The notes under the pieces are model-generated. The model was not told the origin of the DNA and made no database searches. It worked only from the letters and a program-made list of their open reading frames with translations. 64,000 nt of DNA from Sphaerodactylus townsendi. Its lineage: Eukaryota. Positions 25,178-36,565 of the stretch are shown here, in pieces (the first letter of the stretch is position 1; each line of letters starts with the position of its first letter). The position numbers were made by a program, and so were the translations under genes. Location: assembly GCF_021028975.2 (NCBI RefSeq), contig NC_059438.1, forward strand, positions 24,428,001 to 24,492,000, given 5' to 3'.

Positions 25178-25948
25178 CATTAGGCAGTGGCAGAGAAACT
25201 TATTAGAGGAGCTAGGCAGGCCCCTTCCCAGTTCTTCTGCATTCTTCCATTGCATGCTGTCAGTCTTCCACATTCTTCCACCCATCCCCAGTCCCCAGAC
25301 ATTGCAACCAGAATACGTTATGATTATGAACATTTATCCAACATGCACATTTCTGTCCACCCCAGCACCCGTATCTATAATCTGCCTCTTTGTCACCTAC
25401 AGCTTCAGTTCACAAGTCAAGAAATAAGATAAGTATTTCCATGTGGAGAAGCCAAACAGAATGGTAGTATGTTTATTTTGGCTCTTCCAAGTATATTCTG
25501 GCACCTTAATACCTTCTACAGTGAGGAAAATCCTTCCCCCCCCCCCTACTTTGAGCTGTTAACAGCATGTCCCTCTTTCTAAATATTAGTTAATTCCTAG
25601 TTTGACCTCTTCAGGCAACAGAGGCTGACTATTACTCCAGAGCAAGAGCTCACTGTGCAGGGCTCTTTTTCGGAGGAATTGCCTGAAACAGACACCTGGC
25701 CCCTGCTGCACAGGACTCCTTAATTTATTTCCCTGTTCTGAATTTTAGAAAGTAATATATACGCTAGAAGCAGGAGACTGGACAGATAAGCTGTTGGGCT
25801 GCGAGATGACACAAGATTGAAAGGATTGCCAGTGGAGGATATGAAAACTGTGGAGACACACATTTTCAAATTAAAAAGAAAGAAGCCATTGGGTCTGATT
25901 AACATACCACGCATTGGTTCTTTTTTTTAAATATAAAAGGTAAATTTT

Positions 25949-26528
25949 ATTATTTATTTTATTTATTTATTAATTAGGTTTATAGACCGCCCTCCCCCGG
26001 AGGGCTCAGGGCGGTGAACAATATAAAGAGCACAATCAATTAAAATACAATATAAATATAAATTAGGATGGCTCTGATAAAAATAAACCTTACTCTATTA
26101 AAATGCAGCATTAATAATTTAATTCCAGATGGCGCCTACTATCATTCCCACAGAAGCCCCAGAGTGGGGGTTTATAGGTCTTCATGATGTCAAAGAAGAA
26201 GGGAGGGAGGGAGGGAGGGGGCCCCTATCAACGGCTAGTCTCCCCAAAGGCCCGGTGGAACAGCTCAGTCTTGCAGGCCCTGCGGAACTCAGTGAGGTCC
26301 CGCAGGGCCCGGACAGCTGGAGGAAGAAGCTGCTCCCACCAGGCTGGGGGGCCAGAGGCTGTGCAAAGGCTCTGGCCCGAGTGGAAGGCTACAATGCACA
26401 TTATCATGGAGGGGCCAGGGATCACCAGTAAATTGGCCTCTGCCGAACGCAGAGACCAGTTCGGGACATATGGGGTAAGACGGTCCCGTAGGTACGGAGG
26501 CCCCAGGCCGCGTAAGGCCTTAAAGGTT
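25949..26528 (-). mobile_element. L2 LINE 3' end, same subfamily as 18431
   Basis: LPPAVRALRDLTEFRRACKTELFHRAF; (TTTA)n tail. Confidence 0.85.
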
Positions 26529-26599
26529 AATTAAAGAAAAAAAGGATACAATTGATACTGATACAATACAAACATCGTGTTGAAAAGAAAAGAATAGAC

Positions 26600-26749
26600 C
26601 AGGGGTAGGGAACCTGCGGCTCTCCAGATGTTCAGGAACTACAATTCCCATCAGCCCCTGCCAGCATGGCCAATTGGCCAATGGCTGACAGAGGCTGATG
26701 GGAATTGTAGTTCCTGAACATCTGGAGAGCCGCAGGTTCCCTACCCCTG
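26600..26749. mobile_element. Palindromic hAT MITE (TIR CAGGGGTAGGGAACCT)
   Basis: Hairpin; TSD GAATAGAC at 26592-26599 and 26750-26757. Confidence 0.92.
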
Positions 26750-27030
26750 GAATAGACAGAAGTAAAACAATACCATATTGTTACAAAGCCCCCTTAATTG
26801 GAACGGTCGATAAATACTAACTTTCTCTATTGGTTACTTCACCATCCATGGAACTTTTGTAATATTTCAATTCAGTTACCATCTACCTTCTTAATAAAGT
26901 AAATCTTATCAGTACTGTATCTATCTGTTTATCTCAGATGTAAGGAGAGAAGAAATATCTCTGAATACATCACATTATGTTAAGTTTATTCCAGAAGAAA
27001 TTTTTCAAAGGTGTCCAAGTGTCTTCCTTG

Positions 27031-27332
27031 GACAGCAGTGGTGTAGGAGGTTAAGAGCTCGTGTATCTAATCTGGAGGAACCGGGTTTGATTCCCAGCTC
27101 TGCCGCCTGAGCTGTGGAGGCTTATCTGGGGAATTCAGATTAGCCTGTATACTCCCACACACGCCAGCTGGGTGACCTTGGGCTAGTCACAGCTTCTCGG
27201 AGCTCTCTCAGCCCCACCCACCTCACAGGGTGTTTGTTGTGAGGGGGGAAGGGCAAGGAGGTTGTAAGCCCCTTTGAGCCTCCTGCAGGAGAGAAAGGGG
27301 GGGATATAAATCCAAACTCTTCTTCTTCTTCT
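27031..27332 (+). mobile_element. Young full-length Squam3-like SINE
   Basis: A/B boxes, (CTT)n tail; TSD TCTTCCTTG at 27022-27030 and 27333-27341. Confidence 0.9.
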
Positions 27333-27619
27333 TCTTCCTTGTTCCGAGACGCATTTGCCTGTATGGAAAATGTTAAAAGGTCTAAATCCATATAGGCCCA
27401 AATTTTTGCATCCCAGTCACTCAGCGAGGGTATCTGAGCTGTATTCCAAAGTTTTGCCACTTCGATTCGAGGTGCTGCAGTTAAACCAGTCCATGGTTCT
27501 TAACTCATACATGAAATTGCTGTTCTCCTACCAAATATATGAAGCATGTCAAAATGAATCGGCCTCTGTATCCCACCCCCATAATGGAAAGCAGTTAGTT
27601 TTATTTTTTAAGGGGCCCA

Positions 27620-28590
27620 GAATTCAGCAAGGAAATGACACACCCATTAGCCCGATGTCCTTCTCAGATGAATTGGTAGAAAGCATTATTAAAGAGAACA
27701 GTCAATAAGTACATAGAAGATCAAGCCCTTCTAACCAGCATGGCGTCTGCAAACAGAAGTCTTTCTTAACCAATTTTTGGAGTTCTATGAGAATAGTCAC
27801 CAGCGTGATGGTCTAGTGTGGTTGGTGGCCAGAGTCCTGGATTAGACCAGGAATATTTTGAGCAGTTAATTCCTCTCAGAGTAGGAGGTGGGGCAGAGTC
27901 TGTGGGTGCTCCCAACATGTACTGAACCAACATATCTAGATTTCTAAACCTTTCTGCTGAAGTCTCTCATCAGATGCTCCTGAAGTCAGGGCACTAGAGT
28001 GCTGTTTCTCTTGCAGATTCGTAAACAGTTAAACAAGAAGCAGAGGGCAGGAGCAGATGGACGGTTTTCACAAGGGTGGAACTGTTTGTAAATGATCCAG
28101 GCCCCGAGTGAGCAGCAAAGTGTCCAGGAAGTGGGCAACAAAGAACTTCACCTTTGGAGTGCAGGCAGCAGCATAGCAAATGCACACTGGAAGGCGAAAA
28201 AAATCTTAACCTTAAATATATGGTGATGGAGTCAGAGAGGGAAAGAGCTCCTTGTAGAAATGGATAGCTCAATTCAAATGTTAATTCAGTTTGTGGCGGG
28301 AGTGAGAAAAACAAGATGGCCCATATTTTGATGCCCTTGAATCATCAGCCTGGGGAGTTAACTGCCCTGGGAATACCATATACCTTTGTAGTCCCTCTAC
28401 CCCAGGAAAGGTGCCGACGACAGCAGCCTTCATGCGAGGAGAGGCTAAAGAGCTTTTAAAGGGAAAATGGCACGATTGAAGCTCATAAGATTCTGCATAG
28501 TGGAGAGAAGGACCTTCCTTTTTCATACATAAAACTAGAGCTGGTGGTCCCAGAATTAATGGGCAGTAGATTTTGGACAGACAGATTCAG
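27620..28590 (+). mobile_element. Highly decayed CR1 LINE (further fragments to about 29895)
   Basis: ttggtagaaagcattattaaaga, accaatttttggagttctatga, tatctagatttc and gggcagtagatt CR1-like motifs. Confidence 0.55.
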
Positions 28591-28777
28591 ATTTAGAGAC
28601 CTTTTATTAGGCATATACAGCATGAGGACAAAAAGGAAGAAGGAAAGAGTAAATCCAGTAGAGAACAGTGAAAACAGTGTGAACAGAAGCCAAGGGAACC
28701 TAGTTCAAAGTGCGCAGCAAAAATCTGGCCATGATCTCTGTTATTTCAGCCTCGAGATTATTGAGCAGAAGAATCTT

Positions 28778-29019
28778 GTATTGTCGAAGGCTTTCACGGC
28801 CGGAATTACTGGGGTGCTGTGTGGTTTCCGGGTTGTATGGTTCTAGCAGCATTCTCTCCTGATGTTTCGCCTGCATCTGTGGCTGGCATCTTCAGAGGAT
28901 CTGAATCTTCAGCTTTTAGCTTCAGATCCTCTGAAGATGCCAGCCACAGATGCAGGCGAAACGTCAGGAAAGAATGCTGCTAGAACACGGCCATACAACC
29001 TGGAAACCACACAGCACCC
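28778..29019. mobile_element. Penelope-like insert with inverted-duplicated pseudo-LTR
   Basis: About 100-bp inverted repeat; terminus gtattgtcgaaggctttc; 12-bp TSD CAGAAGAATCTT at 28766 and 29020. Confidence 0.85.
28927..28969 (+). ncRNA. Minimal type I hammerhead ribozyme motif (Penelope-associated)
   Basis: UCCU-CUGAAGA-U-GCC(loop)GGC-GAAA-CG-UC^AGGA: intact CUGANGA and GAAA core, stem I UCCU/AGGA, stem II GCC/GGC, palindromic ACGU stem III. Confidence 0.7.
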
Positions 29020-29199
29020 CAGAAGAATCTTCTTTGCATTGGTAGAAAGATCCAAGAACCCAGCTGAGGTTGAGGCAGAGAATTGGACAGACAGAAGAAA
29101 GTACTTCTTGAAGGATTCTCACCTACGCCATTGGTTGTCTCTCAGTGCAGGGCTGGCTACAAGCTTCAGTTTTGTTTTTTCATGATGAAGAGCTGGATG

Positions 29200-29400
29200 G
29201 CCTCAGCTGGCCCAGGGTCTTCAGATCTCAGAAGCTAAACAAGGTCACCTCCTGCTTAGTATTTTGATGGGAAGCCACTGAGAATGTCCAGATTTGCAAT
29301 GCAGAGAAAAGCACTGGCAAACTACCTCAGTTTCTTGCCTTGAAAACCATACGGGGTCTCCATGAGTTGGTTGCAACTTGATGATACTTTACACATACAA
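29200..29400 (+). mobile_element. 5S-Sauria-type SINE
   Basis: cagatctcagaagctaaacaagg...ttagtattttgatggga (5S-like) followed by ggcaaac...cttgccttgaaaacc tail. Confidence 0.7.
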
Positions 29401-29549
29401 AAGAATATGACCTATTGAAAAGAAACAAGTCATAAAATGGAACGTCCATGTTTGCAGATTAGAGCACCTCTGAACACTGTGAGGCTAGACCTGCCAAACT
29501 TGCTTGTGGGCACCCTGGAAGCATCTGTGAGAAACAGGATACTGAACTA

Positions 29550-29851
29550 GAAGAGGAGAATAGGAGTTTGGATTTCTACCCCACCTTTCTCTCCTGTAAG
29601 GAGGCTTAAGGTGGCTTACAATCTCATTTCCCTTCTCTCCCCACAGCAGACACCTGTGAGGCAGGTGGGGCTGAGAGAGTTCAGAGAGAACTGTGACTAG
29701 CCCAAGGTCACCCAGCAGGAATGCAGGAGTGCGGAAACACATCTGGTTCAGCAGATAAGCTTCTGCCATTCAGGTGGAGGAGTGGGGAATCAAACCCGGT
29801 TCTCCAGATTAGAATCCACCTGCTCTTAACCACGACACCACGCTTGCTCTC
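29550..29851 (-). mobile_element. Squam3-like SINE
   Basis: Reverse-complement SINE with ggaatcaaacccggttctccagattag head. Confidence 0.88.
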
Positions 29852-30377
29852 GATAGGCCTTGTCTGATGCAGCAGGGCTTGTGCTATGTTCTAATGGGCT
29901 AGATATCAAACCAAGGCCTGATGGCTGGAAGACACCTTTGCAATGCTTTCCTTCCAATTGGGGGAACTAAAAGCTAAAAGCTCTAGGAACAAGGAAATGG
30001 AGTGAATCAGTGGAGTTGTAAATATCTTTTTTTTTAAAATCTGTCTGTGGGGCTCATACCAGAGAGGAACCAAGAAAGAGGAAGGAGTGTTGTGGACACA
30101 GACATGGCATAGTCTTGTGACTGTGCTGCACTCTGAGCAGCCCGCCACAATCTTGTGAGTGATGCAGGCATTGTGTTTTCCTTCCAGCAAACAAGGGGAT
30201 TTTTGTCAGAGGGAGTAGTGAGTTTCTAGTAATAGTCTTGCATGAACTAGTATTCAATTTCCTTGACGTGCTCTCAGTAGGTAGGGTTGAATCCCAGAAC
30301 TATTACATAGTTATGAGCAAAACTATATAGTGCTCTGGGAAAGCAAGCATACTGATTTGTAATAAAATGGTGTTTTG

Positions 30378-30378
<1 letters not shown>

Positions 30379-30425
<47 letters not shown>
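30379..30425. repeat. (CA)n microsatellite
   Basis: Directly visible. Confidence 0.97.
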
Positions 30426-30427
<2 letters not shown>

Positions 30428-30914
30428 ATGTTTGTTCAGGCACAGGCATGTGCTCTGCTTCAGAAAGAACGAACGAACGAACGAATGAACATCTATGGAA
30501 AGTGAAATCTTGGGGGAAGATGATTGCTTGCTGTAATCTTTCATTAATACCTCTCATATTGCTCCTCTAGTTATTGTTTCTAACAGTGCCTTTCCTATTC
30601 TGGTTCTGGTCGTTATTTTCACTCTATTCTGTTCCTTCCCATCCTTGAATTCCTTAACTGGCCTGAGGTGTCTCCCACCTGGGAGGCAGGAAGTTGTTAA
30701 ACTTGGTTCTGCCTCCCTGAGCAATTGTTGGGAATCACCCATATCAAGATGCCCTCCTCAGAGTAGAAAGAATCCTCTCAGTGAGTCTCCAGGGTTCCGT
30801 TTGGAAAGAACAGCACTGACCACCTATTTCCAAGCTTGCTTCGAAGTGCCGGTTGTTATCTTTAAATGCTCTCCTTCTGGGCCATTCTGCAGGGCTTTCA
30901 TATGTATACATGTA

Positions 30915-31158
30915 CAGTGGAACCTCGGTTTTTGCTGGTAATCTCTGGCGATACTTGGCGAAAACTGAAGCCGGCAAAAACCAAACCTATGCCGTCTGTG
31001 CATGCGCTACGCAAACAGCGTAGCAAATTTATGCAAAAAGCGTAAATTTTCGCAAACGGTGTAGCCGAAAACAGAGGCACCTGGCGAAAACTGAGGCAAA
31101 AAAAACGGCCGGAGGCAACCGGCGAAAACAGAAGGCGATGGTTACCGAGGTTCCACTG
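30915..31158. mobile_element. Tc1/mariner-superfamily Tigger/pogo-type MITE
   Basis: TIR CAGTGGAACCTCGGT / ACCGAGGTTCCACTG flanked by a TA duplication; internal GCGAAAACNGA repeats. Confidence 0.88.
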
Positions 31159-31270
31159 TATAAGATCTCCTGCAGGACTCCTGTTTCTGGCTAGGAGGGC
31201 ATGGTCCTCAGGAACTGGGCCTCTGCACATGGGTGCATCTGTTTTGGGATTTGTCTAAGAGCAGCTAGCC

Positions 31271-31771
31271 CAGTGGTGGCGAACCTATGGCACGGGTGCC
31301 AGAGGTGGCACTCAGAGCCTTCTCTGTGGGCATGCACACACACACACACACATCTAGGCTGGCCTGGGCCACCTGGGCTTGATTATTAGCATTAAACCTA
31401 AGACCTAATTTTGGGGAAGCAGTGTAGGTTACCCTGTTAAGTGCTGTTAAACCCCTACAGGTGATGTGAAGAACTAAAGTGCAATCCTTTATTCTGGGAG
31501 TAAGCTCAGCTGCTGGCAATGGGGCTTGCTTCTGAGTAAACCCTCCTAGGGTCGTGATTCACCCGTTGGGAGAGTTGCACAGTTTTTTCAAAGCAAAGCC
31601 ACCGACAACCACCAAGCTTGCTCCCGAGTAACGCATGCCTCTGATCCAACCGTTTTTTAAAGCAAAAACCTCAGTATTCAGGTTAAATGGCCGTGTTGGC
31701 ACTTTGCAATAAATAAGTAGGTTTTAGGTGGCAGTTTGGGCACTCGGCCTCAAAAAGGTTCGCCACCACTG
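31271..31771. mobile_element. Non-autonomous hAT element, TIR CAGTGGTGGCGAACCT
   Basis: Perfect TIRs; TSD AGCTAGCC at 31263-31270 and 31772-31779. Confidence 0.92.
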
Positions 31772-33091
31772 AGCTAGCCTGACATCTGGCCTAAACAGTT
31801 GTAGGCAGCAGGTGAAGATTTTTCTGTTTGATCAGGCTTTTTGCATTGATTGGACTGTGTCCTTATTTTTTCTCGTCTCCTCTTTCGTATGTTTTATGCT
31901 TGCTTTCATGCACCAGTGATATTTTCTGTGTGATTTTATGTTGTTAGCAAGTTGTGTTATTCTTTTGAGGATTGTATTAGCTGTGAGCCACCTTGGAAGC
32001 CAGTAGGTTGAGAGCTTGCAGGATATTAACTCGCTTAATTAAATTCCCTAGAATCCTCCACAGACTGCCGTGACACCGTTCACATTTGTTCTGAACTGGC
32101 TGGTGCGCCTCATGCAGTTAATTACTGGATGAAATTGGAGTACCACATTGTCATGCTTGCTGCGGTGACAGAGTTGGTGCTGCTTGAGGATCGGAGGTCC
32201 ATCCCACACCTTGCCTGCTCAACTCTTGCCCTCAGCTTATGAAAAAAAACCCCATCCCAATATGGGAGGGAAGGACTGGCTCTGAGGGATGGTGAATCCT
32301 TCCTTGAAGGAGGTGGCACTAGACCAGTCTTTGTACCAAATCTCCTTACAAGGTTTTCAGAGCCATCCACCATATCTTCTGAACCGTCTTCCGAAACGTG
32401 GAAACCCCGTTCCTGCCTGGAAAACAATTCCAGAAAATGGTATTGAGTCTTTATCTCTAACCCTTGGTAATTTTGCCTTGGGATTTTATCAGACTCAGTC
32501 TTTTCAGCAATTGCATGAAACCCAATGAAGACATTGGGTTCTCCTCTAATTTGTGTCCAAAGGAATGGTGGATTAGTTGAAATGCTGACTGAAAGCAGTA
32601 ACAGGATGGACGGGGGAGGTCCTGTTGGTTTGGCGGGGGGGGGCGGGGGGGGAGAGGTTCTTGCTCTGCATGGTGACAAGTTTTCATTTGGCTCCACCTC
32701 AGTTGCTCAATGTCCAAGCTCAGTGATCCATGCTCTCTGCCAGCTGGTCCAAAGTGTGGCTGTAAAGATCTAAACAGTGGCATGCAGCAGCGGTCGTATT
32801 ACCCCCATCATGGTAGAGATGCTCTGCTTGTTGCTGGTTTGTCACTCAACACAGTTCACAGTACTGATTTTGACCTGTAAATTGTTCCACCTGGCCATTC
32901 GGGTTATCTGGACTCCCCTACCGAAGTGTGGCGGCAGAAGCTAGTAGCAGGACCTTCTCAGTGGTTGCAGCACATCTGTGGGAGTCTTCTCTCCCAGAGA
33001 CTGCCTGCTGCCTGCTGTGTGAGCATGCCGCTTCTTGGGGGAAAACCTTGTTTCTTTTCATTTTTGCTTGGCTTCAGTTAGACAAGTAGGA

Positions 33092-33375
33092 GCAGCAGTG
33101 GCGTAGTGGTTAAGAGCAGGTGTACTCTAATCTGGAGGAACCGGGTTTGATTCCCCGCTCTGCCACTTGAGCTGTGGAAGCTTATCTGGGAATTCACTGT
33201 ACAGTCCAACAGACGCCAGCCGGGTGACCTTGGGCTAGTCACAGTTCTTCTAAGCTCTTTCAGCCCCACCTACCTCACAGGGTGTTTGTTGTGAGGGGGG
33301 AAGGGAAAGGAGTTTGTAAGCCCCTTTGAGTCTCCTCTAGGAGAGAAAGGGGGATATACATCAACTCTTCTTCTT
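33092..33375 (+). mobile_element. Squam3-like SINE
   Basis: A/B boxes, (CTT)n tail; direct repeat CAAGTAGGA at 33083 and 33376. Confidence 0.9.
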
Positions 33376-34666
33376 CAAGTAGGATTTAGTGCATGACTAG
33401 TTTGTTGCCCAGATTTGCCATAAAAAATAGAGGATTATATTGGCATACTCGTGGTGGTATGTCCAGTAAATACATTTTGTGTATGTAATGGTAACAAGGT
33501 TGTCTTACATTCAGAGTCGTCTCCCTTTTGAGTCAACACAGAGTTTCCCTCTGGGTGGTTTAGTTTTCCTCCTGTTGATTTCTAGCTTGTTCCGTTTCAT
33601 CTGAATGTCTCATAGCACTTTTTAAATAGCACTGTTTTTCCCCTTAATGATGGCTTTGGTGGTTGTGTGTTGTAGACCACTTTGACTGCTTGCTCTAAGT
33701 CCTAAGGGAAGAAGAGGCTGTGGGGTGGTTCATCTGTTCCGGTTCTCTCTCCAAAGCCTTTTGTTCAAGGAGAGGTCAACCGCAGGGTCAGGGCGCTCCC
33801 TCCTGTTTCTGCCTGAGCCGTTTCCCATTAAATGCTCCCAGTGACCGCACTTTGCCGAGCAGCAGCTGAAGACCACAGCGGGTGAATCTAACAGATGGGG
33901 GCTAAGGAGATGGCCTCCTTCCTTTCTGAGGACCCCTTTCTCAAAGAGCTGCCTCCTTCCCAGCCAGAGGCAGAGCCAGGTGGCCTTGGGATTTGCCCTT
34001 CTCAGCTGGGATGCCGCAGTGATTGTGGCGAGTCTGAAATATCCAGGGAAGGGAGGTTGAATGTCTGTGGTTAGGCAAAGGGCCAAGAGCTGCCCGTTGT
34101 ACTTCTCTCCTCATGACAGGGCGGAGGGGGGGAGCAGTGTAACTTCAGCCCTCCTGCTCCCCCTCCGCCCTCACCCATCCTGCATGCAGAGGGGAGGTTA
34201 CATGCTGATGTGGACAGCACATGTGTGTTAAGTACTTTTTTCCCCTGACTGGAGTGCTGATCCAGTTAATGGCTTCACCACTGATCAGCTTCCAGAATAT
34301 TTTCCTGGTTGGAGTTCACAGTTGTTTGCCACGAGGAAAATCTTCCTACCACTTTGGAAGCAGAGATTTCTTTTGCAGTGTAAACCTCTCAAGTATGTTT
34401 TCAAGAGATGAGAAAGAGGAGCCTATATAGTTTTTGGGAAACCAAAGTGGACCAGCGAGGTCCAGTGTTGGACCAGGAAGTGGGAGACCCAGGTCTGAAT
34501 TCCCGCTCTGCCGTGGAAACTAGCTGGATGGTATTGCGCCAGCATGTCCCACTCATTTAAGTTTTTTGGGGGGTGGGGGTGGGGGAGGTATTTTTCATAA
34601 CAACCTTTGCTTGTTGGGCAAATACTGTGTTTCTTCTGAGCCACATCATTTTTCTTTTCTTTCCAG

Positions 34667-34805
34667 GATAAAGATAAAGTTTCTCTAACCAAGACTCCCA
34701 AGTTGGACCGGAGTGATGGCGGCAAAGAGGTGAAAGAGAGAGCTACAAAGCGGAAGTTGCCTTTCACTGTTGGAACAAATGGAGATCAGAAGGATTCGGA
34801 CACAG
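34667..34805 (+). CDS. ANKRD11: ANKRD11 coding exon 2 (DKDKVSLTKTPKLDRSDGGKEVKERATKRKLPFTVGTNGDQKDSDT)
   Basis: Acceptor ttttcttttctttccAG, donor CAG|gtaac; 139 nt; in frame with the previous exon; matches ANKRD11. Confidence 0.96.
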
Positions 34806-35171
34806 GTAACAGAACTGAGGCCTCACTTGGAAGAGTGGTGTTGCAAGGAGAGATTGGCCCAGCTGGTTGGCCCAGCTGAGTTAGTAGAGCTTTTCGGCAT
34901 CACAGGAGTTTCTTGCTTGTCTTAAAAGGCGTGTGTTGGGTCCCACTGAACTCTGCATCTCCTTTTATCCTTGGCAAGCTGGTTTTAGCTTCCTATTGTT
35001 CTGCCACTTCTGCTTAGACCGTTTGTCATCTGGGTAGGATCCCTGTGTGATCTATATCATTGCAGAACTCTTGCACTACATTCAAGGACCGAACATTTGT
35101 GAGAGGTAATATCAGCCGGGTGATTGGCAATTGGAACCCGAGATGCCGTTGGAAAGGTGACAGCTGTCACG

Positions 35172-35232
35172 GAGACAAATTCCTTGTGTGTCCAATCACA
35201 CTTGGCCAATAAAGATTCTATTCTATTCTATT
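35172..35232 (+). mobile_element. Probable Rex1/Babar LINE extreme 3' tail
   Basis: aaattccttgtgtgtccaatcacacttggccaataaagattctattctattctatt; (TTCTA)n tail. Confidence 0.55.
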
Positions 35233-35589
35233 TTGAGGGAAGTAGCTGACAGTTTACCAGAGAAGGAGTGGTGCAGATGGTGCCTTTTAATGTATTCTGT
35301 AATGGCACATTTCAGCATCTTCTTTTTGTAAGCTCTGTGATGGTACCTGTTGCTAGGGAGGAAGAGAGAATGAAGTTGTTGATGCAAAGTCTTGTCTTTG
35401 ACACCACAGTACAACAGCAATTTTCAGGACCAACACAGATGTGAGGAAGTGCACAGTCTCGGCTCTCCTCTCCTCCTATTACCCTCCATCTGCAGCCTCT
35501 TATTGGGAACCTTGAAGAAATTGTGGCCTTTCACATATAAGACCACCTGTTTTGATTGAATGTTAAGGTGCTTTATGTTGTTCTCTGTG

Positions 35590-35690
35590 GCAATTCTGGA
35601 CTTCCTTGGTGGTCTCCCATCAAATACTAACCAAGGCTGAACCTGTTTACCTTCCAAGATCTGACAAGGTCAGGCTAGCCTGGGCTGTCA
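35590..35690 (-). mobile_element. 5S-derived SINE head fragment
   Basis: ggtctcccatcaaatactaaccaaggc...ttccaagatctgac is the reverse complement of 5S rRNA. Confidence 0.65.
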
Positions 35691-35900
35691 ATGTCAGGAC
35701 CTGATTTCAGGACACAATGTCAGGACACTTCTTTACACTGATTTCTTTACACTTGTGAATAGGGATAGATGTCAGTTGCAGAGGTCAGCAACCCTTAGCC
35801 GTGCAGTGATAGGATGCTTGAGTTGTCTCTCTTGCCTTCTAGAAAGGGCAGTTGCCGCAGAGTTCTCATCTTGGGGGGCTGTAGTGTAGTCACTGAGGAT

Positions 35901-36565
35901 TTTTTTTAAACATAAACCTCCTTTATTAATATAATAAGTTTTTCATACAGTTGCAATATAAATGATGCAACACATACAACATATATTACATGATGATACT
36001 GCTATCCAACATTACTAATATGAAAAGCTCAATAAAAAAAACTAACATTAAATTCTACTTCCAGTTACCTTCACCACAATCTTCTATATCAGGGGTCTGC
36101 AACCTGCGGCTCTCCAGATGTTCATGGACTACAATTCCCATCAGCTCCTGCCAGCATGGCCAGTTGGCCATGCTGGCAGGGGCTGATGGGAATTGTAGTC
36201 CATGAACATCTGAAGAGCTGCAGGTTGCAGACCCCTTATATTTATAACTATTTATACCATCACACATCCAACTACAATATTATCATTCTTATAATGATAC
36301 AATATAATCTACCCATACTTTCCACTCTAATTTGTATTCCATATCAGACTTACATAGAATATAACCTGTCAGTTTAGCCAATCTTAGAAGCCGCACGACT
36401 TTTAGTTGCCATTCTTGCACCGTTGGAATCTTTGATGTTTTCCAATTCTTGGCCCAAATTATTCTTGCAGCAGCAGAGAAGTATTTAAACAGGTCATCCT
36501 ATCTCTTATCTTGCTTTGCATCTGAAATGCCTAGCAAATACATTTCAGGCTTCATGTCAGTCTTA
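35901..36565 (-). mobile_element. 5'-truncated L1 LINE
   Basis: Poly-T end; minus peptide KPEMYLLG...LFKYFSAAARIIWAKNWKTSKIPTVQEW (L1 ORF2 C-terminus); 11-bp TSD TCACTGAGGAT at 35890 and 36566. Confidence 0.85.
36090..36236. mobile_element. Palindromic hAT MITE (TIR CAGGGGTCTGCAACC) nested in L1
   Basis: Hairpin with the shared core; right TSD damaged. Confidence 0.88.

Larger units (their letters stand above)
25921..27600 (-). mobile_element. L1 LINE 3' remnant hosting nested L2, MITE and SINE insertions
   Basis: Poly-T at 25921; minus peptide AKLWNTAQIPSLSDWDAKIW...NKE|DTWTPLKNFF* is restored when the SINE is removed; AT-rich 3'UTR. Confidence 0.7.

Noticed and set aside
29200-29290. 5S rRNA gene
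   Set aside because: Degenerate partial 5S sequence fused to a Sauria/BovB-type tail, so it is a SINE
32122-32697. 191-aa minus-strand ORF as a nested gene
   Set aside because: Starts in a low-complexity G/C run, has no recognisable domain and lies among decayed LINE-like fragments
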